64,000 bases of DNA, from positions 186,001-250,000 of the forward strand of contig VRMN01000013.1 of assembly GCA_008690995.1 (NCBI GenBank), written 5' to 3'. The position numbers and the translations under genes are program-made. Numbering within the stretch: position 1 is the stretch's first letter; each line of letters begins with the position of its first letter. Source of the stretch: Porphyridium purpureum (taxonomy: Eukaryota). Positions 18,369 through 28,401 of the stretch are shown here, piece after piece. Below the pieces are notes generated by a model, which saw nothing but the letters and a program-made list of their open reading frames with translations, did no database searches and was not told the DNA's origin.

Positions 18369-20384
18369 TCATTGTGTGCCGGCGCCCTTTTCCGAAGAAA
18401 ATTCCTGTTCTAATCGGACCAAGTCATGAATTTGGCGCATGTTACCTGATGAGACGAGCCACTCGCGGAAATATTCCTGAACAATTGCTTGAATGTCGCC
18501 GCCGCGATGGGACTGTGCGCCATCTGAGCCGGCAGCAGCAGCAGCAGCAGCGTCGCGCTCTGCTTGAGCTGCGCGCATGGCCGCGCGCAGGTCTTCTACA
18601 TTCTTTGTTTTGGCCTCAAGGGCGCTCTTGTAGTCATCTGGCAGCGGGACGCCGTCCAGCGAGTAAAGGGGCGCGACTGGGTCACTACTCGGCTTACTAG
18701 GCGCATCGCCCATCCATGGCACCACAAAAGGCAAAAACTTTTCCGGATTCAGCCTGAGTCCGCGTGCATACTCCGGAGACGATACGTGAATACCAGACCG
18801 ATCCAGCAACGCTGGAGTGAAATACGCATCCCAGTCGATGCGGTCCAGGCGGACGCCCACATCTTTGGTATGCTCCTTGAAGAGCATGTACTGTGCATTG
18901 TAAGGCGCTAGGTATACACCCCGGTTGTCACCCGTCATGATTAACCTGTTGTTGGTGGCGATATGAAACACCGAGTCCATTGCGTTAGTAATGCGCACGC
19001 GCATGGCACTACCAATCACTGTTACGCGACCGCAGCCAATCACTGACAGACTGCATGCGCCAGCAATAAACACCGTGCACTCTACGCAGCCCACAATGCT
19101 CACACGCGACAGCGGAGCCACCAGGTAGATGTAACATTGGTTGCAATTGGATATGCGCAGGTCCTTGCCACGGATCGGAAGCGTTTCAGTCCCTGCACGC
19201 ACCAGCGTCTTGCGAGTCAGGCCGGCCATCTCGAGCAGGTCCTTGGGTCCGTCTTCGAGCTCACCGGTCGAACCTGACGACACAGCACCCGCGCTACTCT
19301 TTCCGCCGCTGCTGGTAGCTGCCGTCGTGTTCGTATTTTGGTTAATATAATTCATGCCGTTCATCAGGGCCAGCTTGAGAGCCTCAGCTACCTCATTCGA
19401 GTTTGCCGTGTCCTTGTCGTCCGCGAACACCTTTTCTAACCCGCCAACCAGCAAGTCGCGCATTGAACCATCCGCATTGTTCCCCGCCGTAAGCAGGAAT
19501 TCAAGGTGGCGAAGGTGGAGCTTGTGGATTGCAAAGGGACCGGATGGGTCGAGCGACGAGATGAGGCCGTAGCACCAGCCGATAATGTTGACAAGAAGGT
19601 GCATCTGCTCGATCACAATCGATGTTTCCTTGGTCAGATCATGGAGCGCGGACGACTTGACGCCCGGGCTTTGGAGGATGTGAGTATTCTGGTTGCTGCG
19701 CTTGCCAGTCGAAGCATTGACGTCGCCTGAATGACGCCGGCGCGGTGAGCCCGGGATAGCTGCGCCGGGCGCCGCGGAAGTCGCTGCGCCTGCGGAGAGC
19801 GGTGCTGGAGAGACGTCCATGGCCAGAGCAGCGCCCTCTCCTCGCTCCACCCACTGCGAATTGGCGTTCTCCTTGCCGCTTACCGCGAGTGACTTGACGG
19901 CGCTTCCCAACTGCGTGAACAAGAACAGCTCGGGCAAGGGCAGGCGCATGTTCTCCGGTCCATTCTCCAAAAGCTTGAGCGCGTCCATGGTGCACGTGCG
20001 GTTTGGCAGGCGGGAGCTGCCTTGTGCGTCTCGCTCGATATCCGTTGCGCCCGCTCCCGGGTTGCACTCCAGAAAGGTCCGCGGCGCGTGCATGCACAAC
20101 ATGCGCACGCTTTCTGGCAGCACGCTAAGCAGGTCATTCCCCATCGTATTCACCGCGAGCGCCGCCCTCAGCTCAGCATACTCCAAGGTTGGCGCGCGGC
20201 GCGCGGCGGTGCCTGCCTGCGTGCCGCTCTGCGCGAGCACGGCGTCGCGCACCTTTTGAATCACGTCGTTCTTGACCAGCGCGCTCACAATATCCGACTG
20301 CAGCAGCGGCGCCGTGAACGAGTGATCGAACACCTGCCGGCGGATCCACATGCGGCCCGACCCGCCCGACCCGGAGCTCGCCAT
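18369..20384 (-). CDS. TBCCD1: TBCC domain-containing protein 1
   Basis: C-CAP/TBCC beta-helix (LRISNCNQCYIYLVAPLSRVSIVGCVECTVF, LAPYNAQY) and C-terminal FREWLVSSGNMRQIHDL. Confidence 0.88.
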   Translation of the reverse strand: MASSGSGGSGRMWIRRQVFDHSFTAPLLQSDIVSALVKNDVIQKVRDAVLAQSGTQAGTAARRAPTLEYAELRAALAVNTMGNDLLSVLPESVRMLCMHAPRTFLECNPGAGATDIERDAQGSSRLPNRTCTMDALKLLENGPENMRLPLPELFLFTQLGSAVKSLAVSGKENANSQWVERGEGAALAMDVSPAPLSAGAATSAAPGAAIPGSPRRRHSGDVNASTGKRSNQNTHILQSPGVKSSALHDLTKETSIVIEQMHLLVNIIGWCYGLISSLDPSGPFAIHKLHLRHLEFLLTAGNNADGSMRDLLVGGLEKVFADDKDTANSNEVAEALKLALMNGMNYINQNTNTTAATSSGGKSSAGAVSSGSTGELEDGPKDLLEMAGLTRKTLVRAGTETLPIRGKDLRISNCNQCYIYLVAPLSRVSIVGCVECTVFIAGACSLSVIGCGRVTVIGSAMRVRITNAMDSVFHIATNNRLIMTGDNRGVYLAPYNAQYMLFKEHTKDVGVRLDRIDWDAYFTPALLDRSGIHVSSPEYARGLRLNPEKFLPFVVPWMGDAPSKPSSDPVAPLYSLDGVPLPDDYKSALEAKTKNVEDLRAAMRAAQAERDAAAAAAAGSDGAQSHRGGDIQAIVQEYFREWLVSSGNMRQIHDLVRLEQEFSSEKGAGTQ

Positions 20385-21021
20385 CCTACTGCCCACCACA
20401 CCCCTCCAACTCCTTCACCCCACTCTCCTTCTCTCCCTCTCCCTTCCCTCAAACGCACTGACCGACACACCCCGCCTCAAAACCTTCCTCAGTTCCCCCG
20501 CACGCGCTGCCCGTGCGGCATCGCGTCCATTGAGCGAGCACGACTCTATCAAAGCGCCCTCGTCTTGATAGACATATACTGTACACCCACACACGACTAG
20601 GAAATCAATAAGTGTACCTCTTGGCCACAGCATGGCCACAATGGATAAGGTACACTATGGGTACAGTTATGTTGGTGTTGGATGAGTCCGGCGGCCGAGA
20701 GGGAGAAAGGGGGAGAGGAGGAGAGGGAGGTTATTGAGCAGCCGAGAAGTTTAGAGTTCGTGCCCTTGCAGATGTTGGCGCGGCGCTCTCGTAAGCGCGC
20801 GGCACACAGCGCGTCTCGATCTGAGGCGCGCGCCGAGCCGCGCGTGCGCCGGCGCTCCGGATTGTGGGCTACGTTGGTTAATTCTCGGAGAGAAATCTGC
20901 GGGCGACGCTATTAAAACGGCGCCGTGCTTGCGCCGTACTGGCCGATCGAGCGGCGCCGTGTCGGAGCTCGCCTACATGTCGTTCATCAGAATCACTCAC
21001 GCCTTACCTACTCGCGCTTGA

Positions 21022-22434
21022 TCACGCGCCAGTCATCATCAGAAAGTGCGAGATGCCCAGCGAGATCGGAATCACCGCGAGGATATAAATGTATAACAGC
21101 AGCGTCGCCACGCGCGATGCAGCCTCGGGCTTGTTCTCGAGCTGCAGCATAAGCACAGTGTTCTGCGCCGCGGGCATGACGCTTTCGAGCAAGATTGTGA
21201 ACTGCAGGATCGGGCGGAGCGTCGCGCCCAGCACGCGCCGCGTTGCGATCAGCGAGCCGACCGCAAAAAGCGGCACGAGGCAGAATCGCACAAAGCTCAC
21301 CGCCGCAATTTGCTTCAAATCCTCTGCGCTGATCCCTGCTGACACGTCGCCGTCCTGCTTCTTCTTCCCCACGTTCGATGCCAGACTTCCGGCCAGCACC
21401 AGCACAGCGCACGGAACGTACGCCGCACCGAGCCCAGACAGGGATTCGAACAGAATCCCGAGCGGTGCACCATCCGCGAGGAAAGCGCGCCGAAGCACAG
21501 GGATGCTCCCGACGAGCAGCCCGCTCAGCGCACCCACAATTGGCGGTGCAAACACGCGAGCCACCATCGGATGCCTCACGAGTTGCTGAATCCTAGCTCG
21601 AATGCCCGTTCTAGCGTCTGCATTGAGCGAGGGCGCGGCCAGCTGCGTAGCACCGGCACTTTTGGTTGAGGCCTCGCCGGCCATGATCATGTATCCGATC
21701 GACCAGAACAGCGGGCTCCAGCCCAGGAGAAAGAAGGAAATGCCCGACACCAGTCCTGCCTGACGCACGGGGTCCGCTGCAAACAAGTTGTTCGCAAACA
21801 GCAGTGGCAGTGCGGCCGAGTTTCCAAACGCACAGCTAACCGTGACAAATTTGCCGGCGTCCGAGTGCGTGTCGATGCGAAACAAGCGGCATGCCAGGAT
21901 GCTGCAAAGCCAACCAAACGCGATTTGTGCCAATGCTAGCAAGGGCACGAGCCCCACCGAGGAAAGCGAATGCTTTGCGAGCGTTTGCACCATATTGCAA
22001 AAGAGCACGCTAGGGAGGAAGATATTGTACACGGACGCGCTGAGCGCGCTGAGCACTTGCTTGCTGAGCACGCCGCGTTTCTGCGCGAAACCACCAATCA
22101 AGATGGTCACAAGCAGCTTGGCCGTGGCGATGACGGAGATCTGCAGCACATCGCCGCGCACCAACATCAAGTCGGTGAACGCCGGCACCTGAACACTTGC
22201 CACTCTCTGCGCCTCACGCTCGGTTGCCGACGATACATTCTGCTTGGCCGCGTCCACGATGTCCGCGCGCGCTTGCTGCAGCAGCTTCACACGCATGACG
22301 CGTCGCCTTGGCGGGCGCGCAGCTGCGGCATCCGCGCTGCATCGCACAACCACCCGCACGCGAGACCGCCGCCGAGCCGATAATACCGGCGACGATGTCG
22401 GCGCAGGCCCTGAAATCCAGCCTGCAGATAACAT
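21022..22434 (-). CDS. PIN-LIKES / auxin efflux carrier (AEC) family membrane transporter
   Basis: About 10 TM helices; IFLPSVLF, CAFGNSAALPL, PPIVGALSGL, LLESVMPAAQN. The N-terminus resembles a plastid transit peptide. Confidence 0.88.
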   Translation of the reverse strand: MLSAGWISGPAPTSSPVLSARRRSRVRVVVRCSADAAAARPPRRRVMRVKLLQQARADIVDAAKQNVSSATEREAQRVASVQVPAFTDLMLVRGDVLQISVIATAKLLVTILIGGFAQKRGVLSKQVLSALSASVYNIFLPSVLFCNMVQTLAKHSLSSVGLVPLLALAQIAFGWLCSILACRLFRIDTHSDAGKFVTVSCAFGNSAALPLLFANNLFAADPVRQAGLVSGISFFLLGWSPLFWSIGYMIMAGEASTKSAGATQLAAPSLNADARTGIRARIQQLVRHPMVARVFAPPIVGALSGLLVGSIPVLRRAFLADGAPLGILFESLSGLGAAYVPCAVLVLAGSLASNVGKKKQDGDVSAGISAEDLKQIAAVSFVRFCLVPLFAVGSLIATRRVLGATLRPILQFTILLESVMPAAQNTVLMLQLENKPEAASRVATLLLYIYILAVIPISLGISHFLMMTGA

Positions 22435-22764
22435 GGTCTGCAGCGTTCGAAGCGTCGTCTCTTGCCGCTGACATACGCACACGCACACACCCAGATGTCG
22501 CGCAAACGCGTTTCGCGCCTGCGCAACCCCAAAGGGTGCGACGAGGTACAGTGATCGCGCACGTGTCTTTGTACAGCTACAAATTAAATTAATCGCGGCG
22601 GCCGCATTATTTATCTTTTTATTAAATTAACGAGCACGCGCGGTAATTTTTTAAACGTTGCGCGCGCGCGGGCGTGTGGCGAGCGCGTGTGTGATGCGCG
22701 GCAGGTGGTGGTGAGGGCGACATGGTTGGTTCTGGGAGAACGGTGGACGGACTGGAATGGTGTG

Positions 22765-23904
22765 ATGGGGAAGCATGCGCGGGTCAAGGCGTTGCGGAAA
22801 AGACCGCAGGACTCTGGCGAGGTTGCGGGTCCTGGGAATGGAGCGAAGCAGGACGGCGATGCGGAGCATAACCGCCGAAATGCGCTGCGTCTGATGGCGC
22901 GGGCCGCCGAGGAGAGCGACGAGCTGCGCTTCGAGAATGCCGCCCGCCTCCTGCAGGCTGCGATTCGGATGGACCCGGAGAACGTCGACGTCATGGACGC
23001 GTTGGCAGAGGCGTTTCTCGAGCTCGGCGAGCCGGAGCGCGCGCAGCAGTGCTTCCTGCACAGCGTGCGCGTGCAGCCAGACGTCAATTTCGCAAAGTAC
23101 ATGTACCTTGCGCAGCTCACAAGCGACTATGAGCAAGCGTGCAGTTTCGTTGAGCATGCGATGCGTATCATGGAGCGCGAAAGCGAACAGGCACAGGCCA
23201 TCGACGCGTCGGTCCAGCCGCCAAACGCGCTGCACCAGCAAAAGAAGGCGCAGGTTGCCGCGCTCTGTTCCGCCACAGAGTTACTTCTAGGCATCGCTGA
23301 GCAACTCTTCAATAGCTCACATCCAGATGAGATCACTTCTGCCGCAGCCATGGCGGCTCTCGACCAGCGTGCCGAGCTGGCCGCTGAGCGCGCGCTCCAG
23401 CTCGATCCCGACGGCCTTGAGCCGCTGCTCACCATGGCGAACGTGCGTCTGAGTCAAGGACGCGTGGAGGAGGCCAGAACAGGAATGCTTCATTTGTATA
23501 CACACCTGCAACCGCTGCTCCAAAGCATGCTAGACGCCCACAACGACTCCACGTCGAATGCCGAGCAGCCACAGCCTGAAATTCCATCCGTTGATTTCCG
23601 GATTGCGGTAGGAAAGCAATTGTGCGAGCTGGCTGCATGGAAGGAAGCCATTGATGTGTTTGACTCGGTGCTCGCCGAGACCGACAGGAACGTCGAAGTG
23701 TGGTTCCTGAGCGCGTTGTGTATGTTTCAGAATGGCGACGTGGAGGAGTGCTGCGATATGCTCAAGGAGCTGGACGCCGTACGCAGGTCGCCAGAGGGAT
23801 TTGAGGGAATGCTGGATTTTTCGCTCGTGGACGAACTTGAGCAGAATGCTAAGGCCTATCTCGCTGGGGATCCTGCCCAACGGGGCGATGTCGATATGAC
23901 GTGA
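22765..23904 (+). CDS. ACL4: TPR protein, assembly chaperone of Rpl4-like
   Basis: TPR repeats, AKYMYLAQL, EPLLTMANVRLSQ, FRIAVGKQLCEL, NVEVWFL. Confidence 0.8.
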   Translation: MGKHARVKALRKRPQDSGEVAGPGNGAKQDGDAEHNRRNALRLMARAAEESDELRFENAARLLQAAIRMDPENVDVMDALAEAFLELGEPERAQQCFLHSVRVQPDVNFAKYMYLAQLTSDYEQACSFVEHAMRIMERESEQAQAIDASVQPPNALHQQKKAQVAALCSATELLLGIAEQLFNSSHPDEITSAAAMAALDQRAELAAERALQLDPDGLEPLLTMANVRLSQGRVEEARTGMLHLYTHLQPLLQSMLDAHNDSTSNAEQPQPEIPSVDFRIAVGKQLCELAAWKEAIDVFDSVLAETDRNVEVWFLSALCMFQNGDVEECCDMLKELDAVRRSPEGFEGMLDFSLVDELEQNAKAYLAGDPAQRGDVDMT

Positions 23905-24984
23905 AGAGACACAGGCAGGACTCATGGGGCCTTTGGACTTGTTGGGCACTGTGCCGTCTGGGGCTTGTAAGCAGAGTCTAAGCCATTCTTTCACTGCTCA
24001 AGTCGCAGCAGGTCTCGAAACACGCAACGGAAATTAAGCTCGTCAGACTCATGGTGGCCGGCGTTAAAAGACGAAGAGCGTGCGGTTCTTCGTCTATTGT
24101 TCAGTCTGCTTCATCCTACGGGGAAGTCTGGCAAGCTCGCAGAGCAGGGATTCATTTGAAACATTGCTTGGCTTGCGCCAGCGCGCCACCTTGGACACCC
24201 GCACTGGCGTGCACATGAAGGAACGTACTCAACGTGCGAGAGGTTTTCAAAGGCAAATTGCATGTCTGGCCCCCGAGCACGTATTGCATTTGTACTTTGT
24301 GCGTACTTAGGCGCAGTTTGTGACCGCAGCCGTTGAGCTCGCCTGATATGCATTTTTGGCCAGCAAGTGTGTAGCTCCGTGATAGAATTCGTCTAACTTT
24401 CTTACTCTGGATTGGGATTTTATACTTTTTTTTTTTGGTCTCCGTGAAGGTGCACACGTGTGCTTCTTTGCCTAAACGTGAGCACTTTTCTAACGCCTTG
24501 CTGTCTCCAAGGACGTGCAAAGAAGATGCAAATGGCGGGAGCACGTCTTCATTCCAGACATTCAGCAGCCATTCTCTTCCACACTGACATGCCGCGAGGC
24601 CATTGGGGGTTTCCCTGGAATCGTCTGCGATTCGATCGAATCTGTTTCTCGGCTCTGTGAAACCAATTGTACGTGCATGAGGCCGGACCAGCCTTGGCTG
24701 TGCTGCAGCACACAAAGCGCACGACTTTTCACGTCGCCCACCGCTGTGGTGCGGACGATTCTTAACCATCGTACCATGCTTCGCCTGCCTCCAAATCACG
24801 CATGCAAGAATGAAACGATGTCCGGCGCTACAGCCGCACAGCGCGCTCATCACAGTCTGACCATAACGCCGAGACACCTGTCACACTTCACGATCGCTTT
24901 TTCGAGCGTGCTGATATTCCGGAAAACTCGGACAACATTTGTTGCTCTCCGATCCCATCGATGTACGCTGGCGATCGAGAGGTC

Positions 24985-25716
24985 ATGGCGGTCGCGTTTT
25001 TGGCAAATCTATGCGTATCTCGCGGCGCCCTCACTGGCGGCGGCCGCCATGCGTGCGCCAGAGTTTGCGATCGCGCGCAGCTGACGCTGAACCCTCTGCG
25101 CGCGTCGTGGATGTGCAGCGCTGCTTCTGCGGGCAGTGAGCAGGACGGATTCACTCTGAAGAGCGAGGCTGTTCGATACGAGCGATACAAGACCATTTAC
25201 GAGCGTGTGGTTACGTATCCAGATGGTGCCGAGTATAGCTTTGACGTGGAAGGGTCGCCGCGTGCCAACTTCAGCTCCGTGCTTGTGTTTCCGTTCAACT
25301 CAGCCGCCAAGACCACCGTGTTGATTCGTGAGTACCATCCTGGTCTGCATGCATTGAGGTATGGTTTCGTAGCCGGGTTTTTTGACGCCAAAGTGCATGC
25401 AGACGAAGAGGCCGCGGCACGCGCTGAACTGAGCGAGGAGGCACACCTGACGGGCGGTACCATGCAGTTGCTGAACTCGGGCGCGCCCGTGCCTCGGGAT
25501 AAATACAGTCTGGACTATTTCCATATGTTTCTTGCGCTTGACGCGCATCTGGATTTGCGTCCGCGAGAGCGTGACGAGGAGGAGCGCATTGATATTGTCA
25601 GAGATGTGCCCGTGACAGAAGCCATCGACATGGTATTCCGCGGCGAGTTCAATCTGAGTTCAGCGACACTGTGCTTGATGGCTGCCGAGAGGCTGCGTAA
25701 AGACTCGCTGCTGTGA
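24985..25716 (+). CDS. Nudix hydrolase (ADP-ribose/ADP-sugar pyrophosphatase type), organelle-targeted
   Basis: LIREY, Nudix box GFFDAKVHADEEAAARAELSEEAHL, RDEEERIDIV. Confidence 0.87.
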   Translation: MAVAFLANLCVSRGALTGGGRHACARVCDRAQLTLNPLRASWMCSAASAGSEQDGFTLKSEAVRYERYKTIYERVVTYPDGAEYSFDVEGSPRANFSSVLVFPFNSAAKTTVLIREYHPGLHALRYGFVAGFFDAKVHADEEAAARAELSEEAHLTGGTMQLLNSGAPVPRDKYSLDYFHMFLALDAHLDLRPRERDEEERIDIVRDVPVTEAIDMVFRGEFNLSSATLCLMAAERLRKDSLL

Positions 25717-25909
25717 TGCAACCATACATGAAACGTGTTCTTTGCTTCTACATGCTCTGTCACCCTACATTGACTCTGTTGGTATCTAACTGCAGTGCTA
25801 CCAGTCTCGGTCGGGAAAGTGTTTTTCACGTATAAGCCTCTCCGCCTGCTTGCCCACCCGATGACTTCTAACCTTTGACGATTCAAGAAACGGCTGTCAC
25901 GGCAACCGA

Positions 25910-27454
25910 TTAGAACGACACTGGGATGCCAAACTGCGAGACCGACACCACCTCGCAATTGAGCTCCGCAAACGATGCGTCATTTTCGGTCAGGTTGAGC
26001 CCAATGAATTTTGCAGGCAGTACAAAGGAAACGAGCCGCGGCGCGCCATTGAGGAGACGCGCGTTGTTTCTTCGCGTCGCAAGAACATCTCCAACCATAA
26101 TAAAATCGGACGGTTTGCCAAGCTCATGATCGTCAAACGAATGATCCAGCGCTTGCAAATAAGCCGCGTGGAGGTCTGATGCTATCGAGTTCTTGGCGGG
26201 CAGCAGCTCCATATCACCCATGATATTGACAGCCTTGACGGCAGCCGATGCTCTACTGACACGCTCGGCAGACGCAACAGCAGTTACTGGCGCAATGTAC
26301 GCCATCACAGAGTTCTCACCGAATGTCGGCACCGCCGGTAATTGCAACAACGTCTGCTGGTTTGGTATTGCCAATCCACTGCCGGGAGCATTGTAATTTG
26401 TCGACAGAAGCCAAGGGAACAAGAGAAATAGCAAAAACACAGCACACATGAGCACTGGGCGCTTTGTACTGCCGCTTGGTCCCGCACCGATTGAAATGTG
26501 CTGCATCACAGCATCTTTCACCGACCGCGGCGCGCTCGCTGTTATTGTTTGCTGCTCAGTCTCTTCAGAGGCCACTTTACCACATGCCGGAGAGCCACCG
26601 GCGGCGACGGCGGCGGCGGCAGCGGCGGCGGCTCCCGCCCCATTACCAAACATTTGCGCGAATGCCACCAACCGATCGAGCTGTGCCTGAAGTGTACGGT
26701 TCTGCGACCGCGTTTGGGCCAACTGTTTGCGCAGCTGGGCGCTTTCCTTTGCTGCTGCCTCGCAGCGCCTGGTGAGAACCTTGATTTGCCTCATCATATC
26801 TGCGTGGGACGGTTCGACGTCGTCGTGACTGTCTGTCTCGCACGCGCTGTCTTGCCGCTTGTCTGTGGCGACTGAGCTCAGCGATACCGCATGACCCGTG
26901 CTTGCTGTGTCCATGGTGGTGGCGGCCTGCGCCTTGCGCTTCTTCTTGAGCGGGCATTCCTGAGTGGTGGCGGGTCGCTCCTGTTGTGGTTCGCTGGACT
27001 GGTTGTGTGGGTGTCCATTCGCGCTTTTGGCCTCTTGACTCGACACTGATAAATGTGACATTGTGCCTGAAATTCTGCTTTTCTCCTGTGCATCATTGTG
27101 CTGCCTGTCGCACCACGCCTCGTTGGAGCCGCGCGAGAGCGCGTCGCACTCTGCCGCGTCGCACGCGCCAATGTCCGCGTACGCGTGCGCGCCGTGGTCA
27201 AACTGCAGCGCGTCGAGCGCGCGGCTACCCTCCTGCCCCGGGGCATCCATCCACGCATCCACTTGCTCCAGAAACCACGGCTCATCGCGGCCGCCAAACT
27301 CCAGCTCCTCCACCGCCGCCGCCGCCTCGCGCAGCGCGTGGCCACGCCCGCCATGCTCCACGCCATCGCCGCCCGTCACGCCCACCCACGACGCCGCCGC
27401 GTCGTCCATGTCCACAAACAACGCGTCCACATCAAACATCTCTGTCCCGTCCAT
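25910..27454 (-). CDS. Membrane-anchored leucine-zipper protein, ATF6/bZIP28-like, with degenerate (acidic) basic region
   Basis: Acidic/aromatic N-terminus, KKKRK NLS-like motif, heptad zipper (LTRRCEAAAKESAQLRKQLAQTRSQNRTLQAQLDRL), single TM (VLMCAVFLLFLLFPWLL), and C-terminal LVSFVLPA...ELNCEVVSV resembling the ATF6 lumenal end. Confidence 0.55.
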   Translation of the reverse strand: MDGTEMFDVDALFVDMDDAAASWVGVTGGDGVEHGGRGHALREAAAAVEELEFGGRDEPWFLEQVDAWMDAPGQEGSRALDALQFDHGAHAYADIGACDAAECDALSRGSNEAWCDRQHNDAQEKSRISGTMSHLSVSSQEAKSANGHPHNQSSEPQQERPATTQECPLKKKRKAQAATTMDTASTGHAVSLSSVATDKRQDSACETDSHDDVEPSHADMMRQIKVLTRRCEAAAKESAQLRKQLAQTRSQNRTLQAQLDRLVAFAQMFGNGAGAAAAAAAAVAAGGSPACGKVASEETEQQTITASAPRSVKDAVMQHISIGAGPSGSTKRPVLMCAVFLLFLLFPWLLSTNYNAPGSGLAIPNQQTLLQLPAVPTFGENSVMAYIAPVTAVASAERVSRASAAVKAVNIMGDMELLPAKNSIASDLHAAYLQALDHSFDDHELGKPSDFIMVGDVLATRRNNARLLNGAPRLVSFVLPAKFIGLNLTENDASFAELNCEVVSVSQFGIPVSF

Positions 27455-27907
27455 TCCCCCACCTCCCACCCTACCCCCACTCCCCCTCTGTATAGGCTCC
27501 TTCCTATCCTCTCCTCGATCTGTCTCTTCTCTCTCTCGCTCTTCTCTCTCTCCTCTCCTCCCCACCTTCACCAATTCACTCACGCCCCTTCACCACGTTT
27601 CGTCCTTTCTTCTCACGCGCTTCAATCAACACGTGTGTTTGTCCAGCGTCGATATTCTAGAACCGCGCGCACCGCTCTGTTCTAAACCACAAGCCGCTTC
27701 AACACACCACGACTGTACACCCCCACTCCATACCAAAACACCGCCGCGCTCTCATTTTCCAACACTCAAAACACACACACACACACCCTTCTTTCATCCA
27801 ACTGTACCTCATCCCCGAACGGCACTGTACTTTATGCGGCTTTTTGTCGACGTGCCACAAAGAGCGCGCGGGTGTCAGCGTGAGCAGAACGGACAGCGTG
27901 GCGCGGC

Positions 27908-27943
27908 AAACCGTTAACCGTTAAGTGTTAAGTGTTAACGGTT
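27908..27943. promoter_or_regulatory. Quasi-palindromic 7-bp-periodic GTTAA array with MYB-type ends
   Basis: AAACCGTTAACCGTTAAGTGTTAAGTGTTAACGGTT in the divergent spacer between the ATF6-like and PAP-fibrillin genes. Confidence 0.5.
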
Positions 27944-28401
27944 CAAGGGTTGTGGATGGTTTGTGGGCGACATGCGGTGGCGCGGGGCCTGCGGTGAGTT
28001 GGACACCGAGAGGAAGGTGTTTGGTGGTGTGAGATTCGCCGCGTGAAGCGAGGCGCAGCGCTGGGGCCTCTGTGGATGTCGGTATAGAACGAAGGAGAGC
28101 CGGCTGGATGTGCGGCGAACGCTTCGCATCGCGGTTCGCAGCTGTGGTGCGAGATTGGCTCTGGCTGAATGGCATGGCTGGAGTACAGTGAGGATGTACA
28201 GTGGAGAACATTGGGCAATGCGATGGCATGGAGCCCCAGTGGCGGGTGGAGATCGAGTGCAGCAGGTGTGGAGGTTGGTGCGAGGGGGACAACAGAGCGG
28301 CTGCATTGTGATAGGTTTCCGGGTGGTGGAGTGGGACAGACGGCTGTGCTTCGCCTCGCAGCGTTCAGTTCTACGGTCCGCACGCGGTGGGTCTGGTCAC
28401 T

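Noticed and set aside
24351..24380. TTTTGGCCAGCAAGTGTGTAG resembling the U2 snRNA 5' region
   Set aside because: The branch-point recognition sequence GTAGTA is absent and stem I cannot be formed.
24119..24565. GGGAAGTCTGG ... CCAGACATTC as a possible RNase P/MRP P4 helix
   Set aside because: The bulge geometry and the other conserved regions do not fit. Chance complementarity is likely.
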